Positions 42,834-58,130 of a stretch of DNA of 64,000 nt are shown here, in pieces (the first letter of the stretch is position 1; each line of letters starts with the position of its first letter). The notes below the pieces were generated by a model. It did not search any database, was not told the DNA's origin, and saw nothing but the letters and a program-made list of their open reading frames with translations. Source of the stretch: the human T2T-CHM13v2.0 reference genome, Homo sapiens; assembly GCF_009914755.1 (NCBI RefSeq), contig NC_060928.1. One strand, given 5' to 3'. The position numbers and the translations under genes were made by a program.

Positions 42834-44221
42834 TGGGGATTTAAAATGGAGTTCTGTTACCCAGCAGCAGCCACAATGAAATCAATGAATGCCCTTCTGA
42901 GGGGACTACTGTGAAGGCTAACATTCATGGGGTGCTTGATAAACATCAGCGTCAGACACCCTCCGTATGATATGGAGAAGTAAAGAAAGCCGCAAACTTA
43001 TGTTCTGGCTTGAAGCTATAACTTTTCTTTCCAAGTAATCTTTTCAGGGAAAGCCTTTTGGCTTTGACTACAGCTATCCACAAATGGAAAGATTTGAATT
43101 TCATGAAGTCTGGGAAAGAGTTTTGGGTGGTATGCACACCAACATGATCAAGAGGCTGTTAAAATGAATTTTGCAAATGAGCAAAAAGTAATTTGCATTA
43201 AATACAAATATGTTGTCTTGGGGTTAAAAAAAAAAAAGGAATCCTGCAGAGCTCTGAGACTGCTAGCAGATGGATTTGAGAGTGGAAATGGGAGGGGAGG
43301 TGAGAAGCTATGGTGGTGGTCTATTGGGAGAGGCAAAGAAATGGGTCAGTTGTGGGCTTGTTTTGATACAAGCAAACAGGTCTCAAGCTCCTGCCTTCTC
43401 CAAGCCTATAGCCTGGGGGAGAGTGAGGGTGGGACCAAAAGTCCTCTAAGCAGATACATTCTATATGTTCAAAATACATCAAAATATTCTGGTGTCTGTG
43501 ATTATCCCAATCTGGGAGAATTCTTGGGTGAGGGCTGAGAATTGAGAAGTTAAATTTTCGGTGAAAGTGCTATAAAGGTGTGGAGTTTGGGGGAAAGTAA
43601 GTGTTTAATATGGGAAAGATTGGAGTGGCTTGGTGGAGAGAAGGGAAAGGTGGGTTGGGGATAACTGTGAAGTAGCATAGGGCATCTCAGTGGTGTTTCA
43701 GGCTGCCAGGGCCAGTCAATGAGTTACTCTTTGCCCATGAGTGATGTTCTGAGCATCAGAATAACAAGGATAGGATACTGGCATACCATCATTAGTGTGA
43801 TTCCCTCCTTCCTGCCTTTTCTTTCTCTCATTTTGATATGATTGACTCAGACTTTTTAATTAAACTTTTTATTTTCTTTTTACCATGCGTACTAGCCTTA
43901 TACATGTGACGTAGGGCTCCCTCTTTCCCTCTCTCCCTCCCTCCTTCTCTCCCTCTCTCTTTCTCTCCCTGTGAACATGGAACTCTGCTAATGATTCAAG
44001 CAGTGATCATGATTCTGTCTTCTGATCTTGTTTTATATATACAGCAAAAGTAAATTGAGACCGTTTGGAAATAAACACATTAGTACATAGCCCAGCACCA
44101 AGCATATAGTGAGTGTTAGAAGTCAGTGGAATGAAACCACCTGAATTACAGTTAAAAGCTGTTTTCACAGATTCTTATTGGCTGCTTAAAGTAATCTTAC
44201 CATGGATTCTTACAAACCCGT

Positions 44222-44525
44222 GGACCCTTATCTGAAACTCTTGGGGCCAAACGCCTTTCATATATCAGAATTTTCCAGATTTAAAAAAGTTTATACAGTG
44301 CAGATAGCATGTATTATGTAACTTCTTCAGTAGCAGCACCCATATCCAAACATATCATTTTTTTTTGTTTTGTAATGAAACTTATGAATGTTCACATTGA
44401 ATAAATAAAGACAATGCAGCTGCAAGTCAGTTCAGGTCAGGTTTTGTCACTAATTGAGTTTTCACCAAGCTTGCATACTTTTGGGTTTCAGAACTTGGGG
44501 TTTTGGAATTGTAGACCATAGTGGC
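44222..44525. mobile_element. MER46C-like Tigger (TcMar) MITE
   Basis: cccttatctgaaactcttggggcca..cagaattttccagattt ... ttttggaattgtaga termini. Confidence 0.65.
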
Positions 44526-45074
44526 TTTTTGGAACTATTTCCTGCTTATGTTGCTGTTAGCTGTTGCCCAGTCTGCCTTAAAAATATTGGATTCCCCTGG
44601 GCCAGACAGCAGCTATTGGTATCATTCATCTTCTGTTTCCTGCAGGAAACCTGTACTTCTTTTAGGCTCTGCAGCAAAGAGAAAATCAGAAGGAAAATCG
44701 TCTTTGGTCTTCCTTCTGGGTGTCTGTTTTAGATCCTGATTAGCCTTGTCTCTCAATTGTAAAAATATTCCTCTCGGCCACCAGATTCCTCAGTCACTTC
44801 CCTGGTCCATCTCCTCCTTTATCAGTGCTTGAAGAGTGTGACATCGTTCATTGCTTTTAACAACCTGGGGTTTGGCCTGATACAAATTGGTTCTTAAACT
44901 AAGAAGGGCATATCTGTTTTCCTTCTGAACGTTTAAAAAGATTTTAAACATGGAACAGATGTAAAAAGTAATTTGCTTGTTTTAATACAGAGAGAGAATG
45001 ACTTCTAATGGCTTCATGTCTGGGAAGGGTCTTGATCCCATGAACTGATCCTGTCTCATCTATTTCTTCCTTAA

Positions 45075-45654
<580 letters not shown>

Positions 45655-45777
45655 TAGAGGACTTGGGTTGCTGGGCAGCTGAGAGTTGGATGTCTGAGGT
45701 GCTGCTGTTTTAAGGAACATTTATATGCATGTGAGTGGTTTTGATTTGAAACTAAGGATGCTAACTATGAAATCTGA

Positions 45778-46097
<320 letters not shown>

Positions 46098-47954
46098 GTG
46101 AAAAGATTCTTGTAAGATTCCAGGTGATTCTTAGTTCTTTTCATGGTCTGTATATGAGAAGTGTTTTTCTACATCTTTCTTTATGATAGTAATAGATGTT
46201 TGTAACAGTATAGACATTTCACAGGAGACTTTAGTTAAATTTAGGAATCATGACTTTATCCTGGCAATTTTACTTTAGAAATATTATATGCTTAGAGTAA
46301 TTCAGATAACTCAGTCCTTTGAAGGTTCTCTACATATTACTGCCTTTCATATTTGAAGATAGATTTGGAAATGATTGTCCTCTGGGTGTAAAGAGTCCAA
46401 TATATACTGCTGTTGTTTCCACACAGCATTGTCATTTCCTACCAGGGACTCTCCCTTTTAAACTTAAGAGTTGGCACGGAAACATTATTGCTCAAAAGAG
46501 CCACCCATTCCCGAGTGTGTTTGACAGGTCTTTGTAAACAAACTTCTTCAGCCTTGCTGAAATTAGTGGAAAAATCTAGGCTCTCATGTTTACAGTTGAC
46601 GTGGGTTTTCCTTTCACCTAAAATAACCATTACAAGTAAGATACTAAGTAAAAAACATACTCATTTCTACTTGGTATATGAAAATAATATATGTTTGATG
46701 TATTCAGTGAAATTCCAGTTAACTCATAACTCTTTGAGGCCATGGATGGAGAGGTGGCATTATTAGTCTCTACCTCCAGTGCCTCACACAATTCCTGGGC
46801 ACAGAAAGAGACATACAATTCATGTTGGGTCAATCAAAGAATGATTGATCATTGGCACCTCCTGATTCTATTTGGTGGTCAGAGAAAGTGGCAGGACTTA
46901 AGTTATTTTACATATAAACATTTCTTGCAAAATTTGGAGAGGATGTTTTGATGGCTTGAGATCTTTTAATTTCTTTGAGTTACTTTCATTGTCCTTCCCA
47001 CCCCTTCCCTCTCTCCACTCTGAACTGCATAGGGCCTGCCTGCAGTGAACTACTCACTTCTTCTGACTCCAAGGAAGGCCATATCATGTGTTTTAAGTAC
47101 CCCATAAAATTTATCTTCAAAGTAAAGCTTCCTTTGCCAAGCTCACAAATGATGGATTTTTGTTTTCCTTCGGCCTGAGGGTCAAAAGAATGGGCACTTT
47201 TGTATGTACAGTCTTCGGGGCCATTTCCTCCCTCCTATCCTACTGCCCTCTCCCTGTCTTAGGCAAGAAATCACTTGGTTCCGAGCAGTGACCTCCGCTG
47301 GGCCAGACAGTTCTGAAAGCCTTTGTGTGTTCATTTCCTTAAAGAAGTGGAAGGTAACATGTTTGAAAGCCGGACAGCTGTGGCCTGTTCCAAAACATCA
47401 ATGTTGATTGTTTGTTTTTCTGGATTTTAACAAAGGAGCTTTTGCCAGGAGACCTTTGCACTCTTGCTTATTCAAACCCCAAATTACAAAAATACATAAC
47501 AAAAATAAAACAGAAGCCAGACTTAAGGTTATCTTACCAAAACAGGACGTCTTCCTTCTTTAGATTGTACAAACACATGAGTTCCCTAGTTAAATTCAAT
47601 CAATCATTCCTGACGGATTCAGCTAAAGTTTTGCTTTAACTCATACCACATTGTCTAGTCCTTAGAGCTTAGTTCTATTTCCTCACCTTGTTTACCTACA
47701 AAATGGTGCATCTATTTGGAAAAAAAAAAAAAAAGAAGAAGAATTTACTGGTTCCTTTTTACCTCTGTGTATTCAGCAATAAAAAAAAAATTCTCTGAAA
47801 TGTGTGCTGGAGAATAATAAGCAGTTTTCCTTGGGTGGTCTTAACAGCTTAACAGATTGCTCTGAAATTGAAATCCTCAAAGATGATCTGTTCAAAGGAG
47901 GGGTGTCGACTTTCTCATCTTTTGGAGAGAGAGAGGGATGCAGCATTAGCTAGA

Positions 47955-48170
47955 GACAGTATGAGGTCGTGGTAAAGAACATGAACTCTGAGGCCAGTTG
48001 GTTTGGTTTCAAATCATCTGCCTCTTACTAGCTGTGGACCTTGGTTATATCACTTAACCTCACTGTCCCTCATCTGTATAATGGTAATAATAGTAGTACC
48101 TCCTCCGTGCTATCATGATTAAATAAGTTAATATCTCTAAAGCACTACATAATAAGTGCTGTGCAAGTGT
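47955..48170 (+). mobile_element. MIR
   Basis: cagtatg..gtggtaaagaacatgaactctg..cttactagctgtg.accttgg..tcacttaacctc..ctcatctgta. Confidence 0.85.
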
Positions 48171-48229
48171 TTTTAAAACACATGAAAAGGAAATAGAGAT
48201 GAGATAATGTCAGAAGAGATTAGTGTTAA

Positions 48230-48620
48230 GCCCTTGAAGGGAGGGGGCAATTTCAAATGAGAAGAGCTGATAGGGAGTGGCAGAGAAAGCAAGTAAATTG
48301 GGGATTAAATGATAGACTATGCATTTGGCCATTTGGAGTTCTTAAGTAACTTCTAACTATTCAGAATGTGGCTTTAAGCAAGCCAATTTATCTCCCTATC
48401 GGTAAAAGGTGACACTTGGCTGGCTCGATATTCTGTTATGTGTCCCAGCCCCAGAAATGCACAGACTGGTTTCCATTTTTAGTGGAGTGCTGTGAGCAGA
48501 AGCCAGACTGAGATTTCAGGTTGGATTGAGGAAAGATGAAAGAGCTGACACTTGGTATCTAAGTCATTTCCTGGCAGTGAGTGAGAAGAGAGAGCATCGC
48601 TAATGGCAAAGCCAGGGCTG
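48230..48620 (-). mobile_element. L2 fragments
   Basis: catttggccatttggagttctt; tttagtggagtgctgtgagcagaagccagactg. Confidence 0.55.
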
Positions 48621-49469
48621 AGAGGCATGGGGTTGAGTTGCTGTGTGAAGACAGTCGCTCACTGCTGCCTGAAGTCTTCCATGGTTTCTTCTGTGATTTC
48701 TTCCTTTCCCATCTCAAGCATTTGATTCCCCTTCTTACTTTTTTTCTGACTGTTACTCTTTCGAAGTTGCCTGTGAAAGGGCCTCCTTGTTTGAAATCTC
48801 TTCTTGGGAAGGAAGAAAGTGGCATGCAGCAACGTAAATAGCAGGTGCAAATCCTCCAGATGAGTTCCAGCCGAGGGAGAGTGGTGCTTGAGTGGCTGTG
48901 CTGAATTCCTCCTCCCAACTTGATAGCAGATTTTTGATATTACAGTCCATCTGTGCACCATTTTTTAATGCGTATGTTTTTGTTTTTTGGTTTGCTTTAT
49001 TCTCATTTTTTCCCTTGGGCTCTTTAAGTAGTCTTATTCTACAAAGCAGCATTTTTTTTCTTTTTCTTATTTGTGCTTCTAGTGCTCTGACCCATGGGTT
49101 TTTTTAAATATAAATTCACTTGCGTTTAGCCATAGCCACCGAGTGAAGGGTACTCATTTCTGAGGAACATACTTATTATTCTGGCATAAGCTATGTGAAC
49201 AGACTGTTCTCTACAGATTTGAGTATCTTTGAGAGGTGCTGGCGACAACAATGGCATTTGGCAGCATGATGCTCTGTTCAAACAAATATTCAACTTGGTT
49301 TATATTAGCGTTTGTATCAGGCTGTGGTAAGCACAGTATTCTCAGATTTGAACCTATAAAGAATTATGGAAAAAGGATGGTGAGGTCCGCAGAAGTGGTC
49401 ATGGCACTTATATTTTTCCAGTTTGCCTTTCTTGATTTTTCTTCATTAAATTTTCATTCAGTGTTTTTA

Positions 49470-49860
49470 TCAGACAGGATGTGTTAGATGATGCTGCAGT
49501 AACAAATGATACCCAAGTCTCAGTTGCTTAAAGAAACACCATTTTCTTTATTGGCTATGCTACATATCCATGGAGGGCTGGCCTTCATGTAGGCCTTCAT
49601 GTAGATGCACGTTGATAGATATCCCCCTGTCACCAGTTACAAGGGAAGGAAAGGAAACATGGTGAATCATGCACACTGTCTTGTGGGATTTGGCTTAGAA
49701 GTAATATTACTTCTGCTCATATTCATTGGCCAGTCAATGAAAGGCAAGTCAAATGGCCATGCCTAACTTCACATGGATGGGCAGGGAAACACAATCCTAT
49801 AATGTTCTTGGAGGAAGGAGAATTGGAAATATTTGGTGAACAGCACTAAATTCCTAATAC
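49470..49860 (-). mobile_element. Old MaLR LTR (MLT1)
   Basis: atgctgcagtaacaaatgatacccaagtctcagttgctta; acttctgctcatattcattggcc; atggccatgcctaacttc. Confidence 0.75.
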
Positions 49861-50029
49861 AGTATAGACGTTACGTAAGTCAAATACCATAATAGAGTCT
49901 AGGGGCACAAAGATGAATGGAGTGTATTCTAATTCTAGAGAAATTATATTTTTTGGGGGAAATAGCTTTATATAGGAATTTCAAAATGATGGTGATGAAG
50001 CTAAGATGTTTTTAAAACCATTTCTGTAT

Positions 50030-50340
50030 TTTATTATATTTATCTATTTATTTTTTGAGACAGAGTCTTGCTCTGTTGCCCAAGCTGGAGTGCAGTGGTG
50101 CGATCTTGGCTCACCACAATCTCTGCCTCCAGAGGTTCAAGCGATTCTCTTGCCTCAGCCTTCCGAGTAGCTGGGACTACAGGCACGTGCCACTACGCCC
50201 GGCTAATTTTCGTATTTTTAGTTGAGATGGAGTTTCACCACGTTGGCTAGGATGGTCTCGATCTCCTGACCTCAAGATCTGTCTGCCTCGGCCTCCCAAA
50301 GTGCTGGGATTACAGGCTTGAGCCATCGGGCACCCTGCCC
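50030..50340 (-). mobile_element. AluS (Sc-like)
   Basis: Full dimer; TSD ccat(t/c)tctgtatttta (50018, 50341). Confidence 0.92.
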
Positions 50341-51039
50341 CCATCTCTGTATTTTAAAAGATTAGGAATGTTTCCTTTGTTGTTTCATTTCTCCAGTTTT
50401 TGTAAGTATGTTCCAAAAGTTACAAATAGCTACTAAATAATCTTCAGAACTTAAATATGATGAAGAAAAATTGGCTTTACTTAATTTTACATAATGTTTG
50501 GGTCCTTTCTTGAATCTTTATATGTGAAAGACATCATTTTTGTGGTTTTGCCATGCTTTAGCAGTCTAAAAATTGAATGTGCCTAAGGAGAATAACTTTT
50601 TTATTACATGCTGGCTTAAATCTCAGACAGAATTCCATTGAAAGCCAGTTGGTTTTCTGTTTTGTTTTTTTTTTCTATGTGTCTTTCAGTGCTGAAATTG
50701 GAAATAAACCAGCATTATGGCTTCATGACGGAAAGTGTAGCAATTCTGCACAATGCACAAGCAAGTTTGTCATTTAAAATAGCAGACATCTGTCAGAAGT
50801 TGGTGCTGACCTTCTAAACTGCAACTGAATGTTCAGACTGTTATTTCTCCATCCTCCTCAGATGCATTTCCAGTGTTGGGCTCACAGCCCCATGCTTCTT
50901 GTCTGCTTCCTAGTGGGTTATGGGTTGTGTCCTAGAGTCTAGACATGAAATGAAAAATGATTATGTAATCTGTTTCCCTTCTTCTCTGCAAAATTCAGAG
51001 GAAGGGTCAAAGCTTTGAGACATACCACCTCCCCCTGCT

Positions 51040-51270
51040 TGGTGGAAAGAGCAGATTTTGAGGATCTATAGACATAGAGTTGGAATCTTGGCCAGCCCCT
51101 TCTTACCTGTAGAACTTTGGGCAGATTGCTTTATCTCTTTAATTCTCAGCTTCCTTCCCAGTCATATGAAGAGCATAAGAACTGTTTCAGTGGCTTGTTG
51201 TGAGGGTTAAGTATATGGTTTATATAAAATGCCAACAGTGTCTGACATGTAACAAGCACCCAATAAATAT
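51040..51270 (+). mobile_element. MIR
   Basis: gtggaaagagca..; ctttgggcagattgctttatctct; gttgtgagggttaag; gtaacaagcacccaataaatatt. Confidence 0.7.
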
Positions 51271-51699
51271 TCCCTATTGGCACAGTGCTTACTGGTTTTT
51301 AAAGAACTTCATTACATTTTATCTCATGGGACTACATCAAGGAGGTAAAAGGCATCTAGCTGAATTAGTTTTCCATTAACTTTCCAAGAAAATAAATACA
51401 GACTGCATTCTCTTGGAGTCACAGTTGACTTCGCAAAGATCTTATTTTATTATGATATGTGTATGTTTTCTTCTCTACTCACATTTTCCCTCACCCATCA
51501 TCTGTTACATTACATATAGACTGAATCCTCTACACTTTTTAAGTTATAAATCTTTTCTTGTGCTATTATGAGTTTTGGGTGATTACTTCAGCCAGCAATG
51601 GATGATTAAGGGCTGAGGGGATTGGTGTTCATACTATAGGAGAAGAAAACAAAAACTTTGATAATTTTAATAATAATGACTAACACCAATTGAATAATG

Positions 51700-51915
51700 A
51701 TTCTGTGCCTAGTTCCTAATTGAAGTTTTCTTTTTTCTATGAAATCATAATTAATCTTCTCTCCACTCTGTAAGGCAGCTATGACTATTACTTGCACATT
51801 GCAGGTGAAGAAATTTAGGCTAGGATGTTAAATAATTTGTCCAAGGCAGTATACTTAGTAAGATTAGCACTGGAATTTAAATCCGTGATTGTTTGATTTC
51901 AAAATTGCTGTTTTT
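51700..51915 (-). mobile_element. MIR
   Basis: ttgcaggtgaagaaatttaggc..gttaaataatttgtccaagg..ggaatttaaatcc. Confidence 0.65.
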
Positions 51916-53124
51916 CCCCACTCAGCTCTATAGTACAGATAAATTTGGGTTTAAAATAGGGAGGTTATATTGCTGGCTGATGCGTGTTGTGTGAACACTG
52001 TCTGAGTGGATTAATTGTGGCAGCTAAAAATAACAGGGTGTATTGTTGACTTTTTGTACAGTCTAAACTTCTTTTCTGGATGACTTTAAAATATGAGTGT
52101 GTTGCTGCTCTTGATTCCTAACAGAGAACTTTAGAGACCTGGAAGCCTGTCCTTTGTGTAACTCTTTACGTATAACGTCAGATTCTGTGGACAGGTGGCC
52201 CCTGATCTGCATCCCTAACAGGAGGGTTAGTACTGAGAAGTAAGGGTAAAGATAGAAGCTAGAAAAACAAATAGGCTGTACCTTCCTGTCTGAATTATTC
52301 TCTCATTTTTCTCATCCCTGACAACTTTCTCAATAAATTGTCCTAGCAAGTAAATCCATGGGTCTCTATCCTTGTTGGGAATAGCATCATTTGGGCAAAG
52401 CTTTGCCATCAATTTTTCATTTAAAAACATTTCCTAAGGTAAACATTAAGGCCTGAATGACAGCTATAGTTTGAGATTTTTACTTTGAATTATGAGGCTT
52501 ACTTGGCTGGACACCATTTTTCAATGGCAACGATCCTTCCTGTTTTAAAACCTGATTGTTAAAATACAGGACATATGGGAGATCTTAAAAAGATCAAGTT
52601 CCAAGTATAATTCTTTTTCAAGTAGGCAGTGGAGTCTGGTGCATAATGTTCCAATCTAGTTTCACGGTCCTTTTGATCAACCCAAAATAAAACTGAACAA
52701 GACAGCATCTCTCAAAGGGTTAATACCCTGGAATTTCACACTTAACAATCGGCATTATGTTCTTTGCATTCTTGAGGAATTTTCTCACTGATGTCAAAAG
52801 ACTTTGGTTTGTTATGCAAGACAGTGGTCCAGTGACTTTGCATATCACATTCTCTTAACATGAGGGAAATCCTTGCATGCTAATTGGAGAAGGAAAAAAG
52901 TAGTGCAAGTGGTTCTTTGGCTACAGATGAATTAAATGAGGGAGGGCATTTAGTGAAAAAACAAAGCACAACAAAACCCTTGCAAATGAGCGGGCATTCT
53001 TTTGAAATGGCTGCTTACTCTAGTCGTTTTGCGTCTGTCTTACTGCTGTGCTGTGTCACTGTGATTCCAGTTTTGGGGGGGAAACACTTGAATGTATATA
53101 TGGTTTGTTTTTTATTTTTCTGAT

Positions 53125-53665
53125 TGCTTTAATTACCTATTGCTGTATAAGAAATGACTCCAAACTTAGTGGCTTAAAATAACAACAATTTATTGTTTCT
53201 TAAGATTCCATGAGTTGACTAGTTCAATTCTGTTCCATGGGGTGTTGGCTGGTCCCTGTGTTCAGTTGGTGCCGGGGCTGGGCTGGAAGGTCCAAGACAT
53301 CTTTTCTCACATGTCTGGTACCTCAGTGCTTCTCCACGTGGCCTTTCTACCTGGCAGGTTTGGGCGCCCTCATAGCATGGTGGTTTCAGGGTAGTTGGAC
53401 TTCCTCAGGTAGCTGGCCTTCAAGGAAAAGAAAGCAGAAGCTGTTAGTCTTCTTTTTTTTTTTTTTTTAAACTTTTAAATTATAAAGCTGTCAGTCTTCT
53501 TAAGGCCAAGCTTGAAAGTGGCAGCATGTTACTTCCACCATATCCTGTTGGTCAAAGGAAGCCCTAGAGTCAGTCCAGATTTGAGGGAAGTCGGGGAAAT
53601 AGACCCCATTTCTGGAAGGGTGGAGTGGCATGTCCCTATAGGAGGAAACGAATTGATGGCCCAAA
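53125..53665 (-). mobile_element. MaLR LTR (MLT1)
   Basis: ctattgctgtataagaaat.actccaaacttagtggcttaaaataacaac; ggctggaaggtccaaga; acttccaccatatcctgttggtcaaa. Confidence 0.8.
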
Positions 53666-54301
53666 TTGTACAAGTAGAGGGAGGACTGAGGGCAGAGGGG
53701 CTCGTCTTAGCTGGTGGGAACACCAAGGGCGGAGGAGAGTTTTGTCCCACTTTCTTTTTAGGGTTCTGGACAGACACTGCTATGTGAGTAACTTCATGCC
53801 AGCTTAAAAGGGGTACACTTCCAAGTGACATAAGAGGACAAAATGGTGAGGTCAGGTGGAAGGGGCCCCAGGGCACTCACCAAGGCTCTCTCAGCTCCTG
53901 TGTGATGGCAGAAGGAGCCAGATGTTCTGGAATTCTTCCAAGGGAGGTCTCAGAAGGCAGCTGAGTTAAGAGGCAGTGGGCTTAGGCTAGGAACTGGGTG
54001 GAGAATGGACCCAGAGCTGGCTGTGGCACCACTGGAGGCCAGCCAGTGGCACTCTAAGGCCCTGGCCACCAGCTGTAGACATCAGCTACAGATGTCCATG
54101 GAATATCTAGGGTTGTAGAGCTAGCCGGTTTCACTCCCATGGTCACCAGGCCAGGCAGCAACCCAGACTAGCTGCTTTGCAGCAGAGGGCAGCTAGGATG
54201 TAGAGGACAACATGTGATTTGCATTCTCCATCTCTCACATCACCATAATGGAGACACTCTTCCCTCTCCCCATACACCTGGTTACAGTTGGTTTTTGGGG
54301 T

Positions 54302-54605
<304 letters not shown>

Positions 54606-54754
54606 TGATGAACAGAAATCTGAGTGACTGAGCATGGTGTCTAAAAAGACTGAACCTAAAGGAACTGTTTAATTTATTGCATAGGAGTAAATATTTGCCA
54701 GACTTTTCTACAGTTGGGTCTCCCTTTTTCCAATAGTCTGAATAAAGTCTTCCT

Positions 54755-55298
54755 ATGGATGTTAATATCTTAATCCTTAGAGCCTCTGGCTATATTATCT
54801 TATATGGAAAATGAGACTTTGCAGATATGGTTAAATCAAGGATCCTGAGATGGGGAGATTATCCTAGGTTATCTCAGTGGACCCTATGTTATCACAAAAG
54901 TCCTCATAAGAGGGGGACTGGACATCAGAAGCAGAAAAAGAGGAGATTATCCAATGTTATCCCAGTGGACCCTATGTTACCACAGAAGTCCTTATAAGAG
55001 GGAGACTGGATATCAGAAACAGAAAACGGAGAGATGATGATGGAACCAGGTATTGGAGTGATGCATTTCGACGATGAAGAAGGGACCATGAGCAAAGGAA
55101 AACAGGTGGCCTCTAGAAGCTGGAAAGGGCATGGAAAGCCTCCTGTTCCCCGTGCCGAAGCCTCCAGAAGGAAGGCAGCCCTGCCAACATCTGGACATTA
55201 AATTTCCTACCCCTAGAACTGTAAGAGTCAATTTGTATGGTTTTAAGCCACTAAACTTAATGTGGTAACTTGTTAGAGCAGCCACAGGAAACTAATAC
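54755..55298 (+). mobile_element. MLT1C/D-like MaLR LTR with an internal 88-bp tandem duplication
   Basis: gactttgcagat..gagatggggagattatcc; ggcctctagaagctggaaa; ttttaagccacta..gcagccacaggaaactaataca; repeat units start at 54854 and 54942. Confidence 0.85.
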
Positions 55299-58130
55299 AC
55301 CCTTCTTGTCCTAAACCAGTCACTTAGAAACATTGAAGCTACAATTTCTTTGCTCATTTGAGTGCAGAATAAAGCTAATAGAGTTCTATTTTATTTTTTC
55401 TCCCATTCATTTTCCTAGTAAGATATTATTTCTGACTATTTGATGAGCAAGAACATTGAGGGGTAAGGAGTGAAGTTCAGTAACTTTGCCCAGGTTGAAT
55501 GGTTAATGATTGAGCAGGATTAATCTAAGCTGCAGAGACACTGTCTGGGAACATCATGCAAGATCAGGGTCTCATATAAAAATGTATTAAGTAGAAGTTT
55601 ATATACAGAGTAAGCTTTCGGTATCTCAAAAATCTTATTTCTGAAGTCCTATATTGTAGCAACTTATTGACATGATGATTCCTATAATAGAAATAATAAA
55701 ACAGTTGCCACTACGTGACTCAAATTGTCCCCTCCTTATTTTGAAGACTTCACTCAGCTTCTCAAGAAATAACCAGTGTACCATATTTGTTCCACTTTCA
55801 ATGATACAGGCACTTTTCAATTCATTTATTACTTTTGTAAAGTTTAGTTCTAATAAAGCTCATAGAGCCATAAGAAAATCTCTTTAAACCTTGTTTTTCT
55901 ATTAAAAAAATACATTCTGGGTTGTAAATTAGGAGGCCAGGAATTCTTGTTCCCTCTTTGGAGGTGATTGTGGTGGTGGTTTGAGCTGTCTCCTTGCCTA
56001 GATCTAGGTACCTGGACTCCACAACTATTCACTGTTCGCACTTCTCCGCCTGTGTAGAGATGGCATGACATTTGTCTGAACATGAGTATACCTCCAGTTT
56101 ACCTCTCCTTGAGCTTTTCTGACTTAGAAAAGTGAGCAGTTGCCCCCACCGAAGGGTCTGGGGTTGCAGACTTACTTAGGGTCTGCTCATGGGTCTGGGG
56201 CATTAAAAAATAATGTCCATATGTTGGGGACAGCTTGTATTAAGAATAATCTTTGTGAGCCAGTTAATGCTGTGAGAGATTTTTTCCTGACATTGTCATT
56301 GTGCTATTTGCAGCACAAGTTCCAACAAAACAACTTTTCCATTTTATCATCGGGATTGTAGAAGCAGCATGTAAAGTGATTAAAATAATGGCACCAGGGC
56401 AATCTGTGTGACAGATGCTGTCAGGACTGGAGACAGAATGCAGAAATTTCCAAATTTCTGTGTGTACTCTTTGGTCCTTCCCAAGGAGCCTTCGTGTGTG
56501 TTTCAGTCCTTGTGGAGGATGGGAAACTAGGATTTTGTCAGCGTCTGGGTATATATTGGAAGTATGGAGCTGGTTGAAAAAAAAAATTTGCGAAGGAGAT
56601 ATAAAGCAGAAAATTAGGGTAAAAACACATGGTTTTTGTCTGGTCTTTTGCATTTCCTGTGTGAAAGGTGAATCCTTGAATCTGAAAATGAAAGCCATCT
56701 CCAATGTCTCCTAGGTAATATGTCAAATACTGTCACGGACCTCAGATCCCTTTCATTGCACTCTTTGTTATTTCTGAATGTGAGCTTGACACACAAATCT
56801 TCTTTTAAGAAGGCTTTCCAGAAGGCCTACTGTAGCTGTGTGCATGCTTTAAAATAAAAGTAAATCCCTTTCTCACTTAAACAAAACAAAACAAAACACC
56901 AACCTATTTGTGTCCATGAAAAATATCTTTGCATGTCTAGACAGTAGTGCTGATCGGCTGCCTTTTGTAAGGAAGGGATACAGAAAAACTATTATTCTCC
57001 CCAGAAACCTTGTAAGGTCCTACGTGACCCAAGTGACCTCTCACTCAACTAGTGAAACAGGAGCCAGAAGTGTGCAAGGAGCCTGAGCTGGAGCTTGATG
57101 CTGATGTTATAAATCAGCCTTGGCATTACTGGGCTTTCCTGTTTTTAGCCAGCAGTCCTTGGGGACTGTTGCTGATTGAGAGTGAGAAAGATTTCTGAAC
57201 CATTGTAAGTGGTGACACTGACATATCATTAGGCTTCCACCCAGATGGCATTTGTAACAGATAGAAAGGAAACTGTAGTGGAATTAACTTAAAGAGGAAA
57301 GAATTAAAGCACAATTTTACAGGCATACGTAGCATGGGAAGGATCCAAAGGGAACTTTTATTTGCTGTCTGCTTTTGCTAGATACTGTGCTTGGTGTGTT
57401 GTAGGTGGACTTCAAAATAATGAGAAAAGGTTTTTGTTTTTCATTTACAGAGTGGCCAGGAGGGCCCTATGCCTGCTAGTTGAAGTTATCTGTGTTTACC
57501 TCTCTGTTTCATGTAAATTCAATTTTTTCCCTCTTCTTCTCCTGGGCATCTTCTTTTTTGTTTTTTTTCTTTTGGTTTGTTTATGACTGTAAGTCATTAA
57601 AGCAGTTCCCAAAAACTGTTCTTAGGTCTTTAGCTGTTGTTGGATGCAGTTGAGAATTTTTTGCTTTCACAATGGCCCAAAGTAAATTGTCACATGTGGT
57701 TTAAGTCTGGACCCTGCAGTGACCACTGGATTATCATATCCATATCCATTCCATGATGCACTGAATTTGTTACTAAAATATCTTCTACCTGGAATATGAG
57801 AAAGTGCTGGGGGCATTCATTGTTTTATTGCAGGATAGCTGTTTTCCCCAATCAGCTACCTTTTTTTTTCTACATAGCTGTGGAACAAACCACATCCAAA
57901 GCATATTCAAGTGTGTGATTGACCCTCATATTGAACAGATATTAAAATTGCCCATTTCATGGCATGAGGAAGCTGCTCATTGAACAGAGATGTACCCTCC
58001 ATCATCCATATCTGCAAAGATGAGAGAATGGAGGTTCAGAGAAGTAAAGGAACTTGTTCAGGCCACATCGTCAGGTGAGTAGTGGAGCAAAGACTCATAC
58101 CTGGTCCTGTCTGATTACAGTGCTTGTGCC

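Noticed and set aside
48559-49107. Cluster of five overlapping ORFs of 71-119 aa
   Set aside because: No homology I recognise, partly L2-derived, no exon boundaries
52186-52205. CTCF-like ggacaggtggccctg
   Set aside because: Lacks the 5' CCAS core of the motif; too weak to call without data
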